NCBI GenBank assembly: GCA_036504755.1
Contig: DASXUP010000004.1
Location: 26,957 to 90,956 of the forward strand
Source: Coriobacteriia bacterium
GTDB lineage: Bacteria; Actinomycetota; Coriobacteriia; Anaerosomatales; JAJZPX01
DNA length: 64,000 nt
Direction of reading: 5' to 3'
The position numbers and the translations under genes are program-made. This document shows, in pieces, positions 63,795 to 64,000 of the stretch; positions within the stretch are counted from its first letter, which is position 1; every line of letters starts with the position of its first letter. The notes beneath the pieces were generated by a model. That model did not search any database and was not told the DNA's origin. It was given only the letters and a program-made list of their open reading frames with translations.

Positions 63795-64000
63795 TTGGAC
63801 GACCTCGACAACATACGGTTGTTTCTGCTCCTAATGAAGCAAGGGGCCGCAGCATACGGGCTAGTACTCCTTGAGCGGACAGAGAACCTTGCGGCGATCA
63901 CGGCACTCGGAATCTCCCTGCAGGAAGCGAAGGAGCGTGTGCTGGGTCTTACTCCTATGGACGCGATGGGACCCGTGCGCGATGGCGAGAAGCCGAACGA
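63795..64000 (+). CDS. partial ORF running off the window end, tentatively MqsR-like toxin
   Basis: TTG 63795 with an AAAGGGG SD 7 nt upstream (alternative ATG at 63834). LDDLDNIRLFLLLMKQG...RTENLAAITALGISLQEAKERVLGLTPMDA... loosely follows the MqsR N-terminal pattern. Lower G+C than the rest of the window. Confidence 0.3.
   Translation, partial: MDDLDNIRLFLLLMKQGAAAYGLVLLERTENLAAITALGISLQEAKERVLGLTPMDAMGPVRDGEKPN

Noticed and set aside
63778-63834. 18-codon micro-ORF MKGAGPWTTSTTYGCFCS with an SD-like GGAAGGGGG and a TAATG junction to the next ATG. I considered it as a leader peptide or RiPP precursor.
   Set aside because: It overlaps, out of frame, the N-terminal part (from TTG 63795) of the toxin-like ORF, which gives the better family-like alignment. 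No maturation enzymes are visible, and it is too short to evaluate without conservation data.
1-64000. Search by eye for rRNA, tRNA (T-arm GGTTCGA-type motifs), CRISPR repeats, transposase/integrase genes and phage-defence genes.
   Set aside because: None recognised. The few GTTCGA-like strings lie inside well-supported CDSs without cloverleaf context. This was a visual scan only, so small ncRNAs cannot be excluded.

Overview
This is a very GC-rich chromosomal window (hand counts on sampled 60-nt lines give about 68-85 % G+C). It is densely coding and looks Actinomycetota-like. All family calls come from reading the six-frame translations and recalling motifs; I ran no searches. Because of the GC content, many of the longest ORFs in the track are Arg/Ala/Pro-rich shadow frames antisense to real genes. 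I chose genes by recognisable motifs, SD plus start context, and a recurrent GTGA/ATGA start-stop overlap pattern.

Main blocks:
- 1-12.6 kb: housekeeping and redox genes (PP2C tail, GATase, acylphosphatase, pyrE, nitroreductase, a CWB2 wall-binding protein, DUF427, Fe/Mn SOD, a GGDEF cyclase, a secreted 7-heme cytochrome c, and a 70-aa membrane-anchored single-CXXCH protein).
- 12.7-25.3 kb: a 12-gene co-directional minus-strand array. It is headed by a thioredoxin-fold/NHL-repeat gene, followed by four GT9 heptosyltransferase-like genes, hldE, gmhB, an SDR, GT4, a GT1/4-like gene and GT2, and ends in a molybdopterin-oxidoreductase lipoprotein.
- 25.4-41 kb: an FNR-like reductase, a SlyD-like PPIase, an HD-GYP plus HEAT-repeat pair, a CNNM/CorC transporter, PspC/LiaF-like envelope-stress genes, msrB and a P-type ATPase.
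- 41-49 kb: an OmpR/HK two-component system coupled to a lipoprotein, two ABC ATPases and a fused FtsX permease.
- 49-52 kb: murT/gatD.
- 52.6-57.1 kb: a ferritin-like/bacterioferritin island.
- 59-63.6 kb: an AraC regulator, a flavodoxin-ferredoxin protein, SRPBCC proteins and a hydrolase.
- Last ~300 nt: a lower-GC edge with a promoter, a palindrome and a toxin-like ORF.

The most interesting observation is that the thioredoxin-fold/NHL gene is truncated in the ORF track. Its frame continues upstream through a single in-frame TGA, placed exactly at the first Cys of the CxxC motif (giving U-I-N-C). The extension reaches an SD-preceded ATG, and a SECIS-like hairpin lies 5 nt downstream of the TGA. 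This makes it a candidate selenoprotein. Second is the ADP-heptose/GT9 glycosylation cluster in a genome that otherwise shows monoderm wall markers (MurT/GatD, CWB2). I saw no rRNA, tRNA, CRISPR array or transposase.
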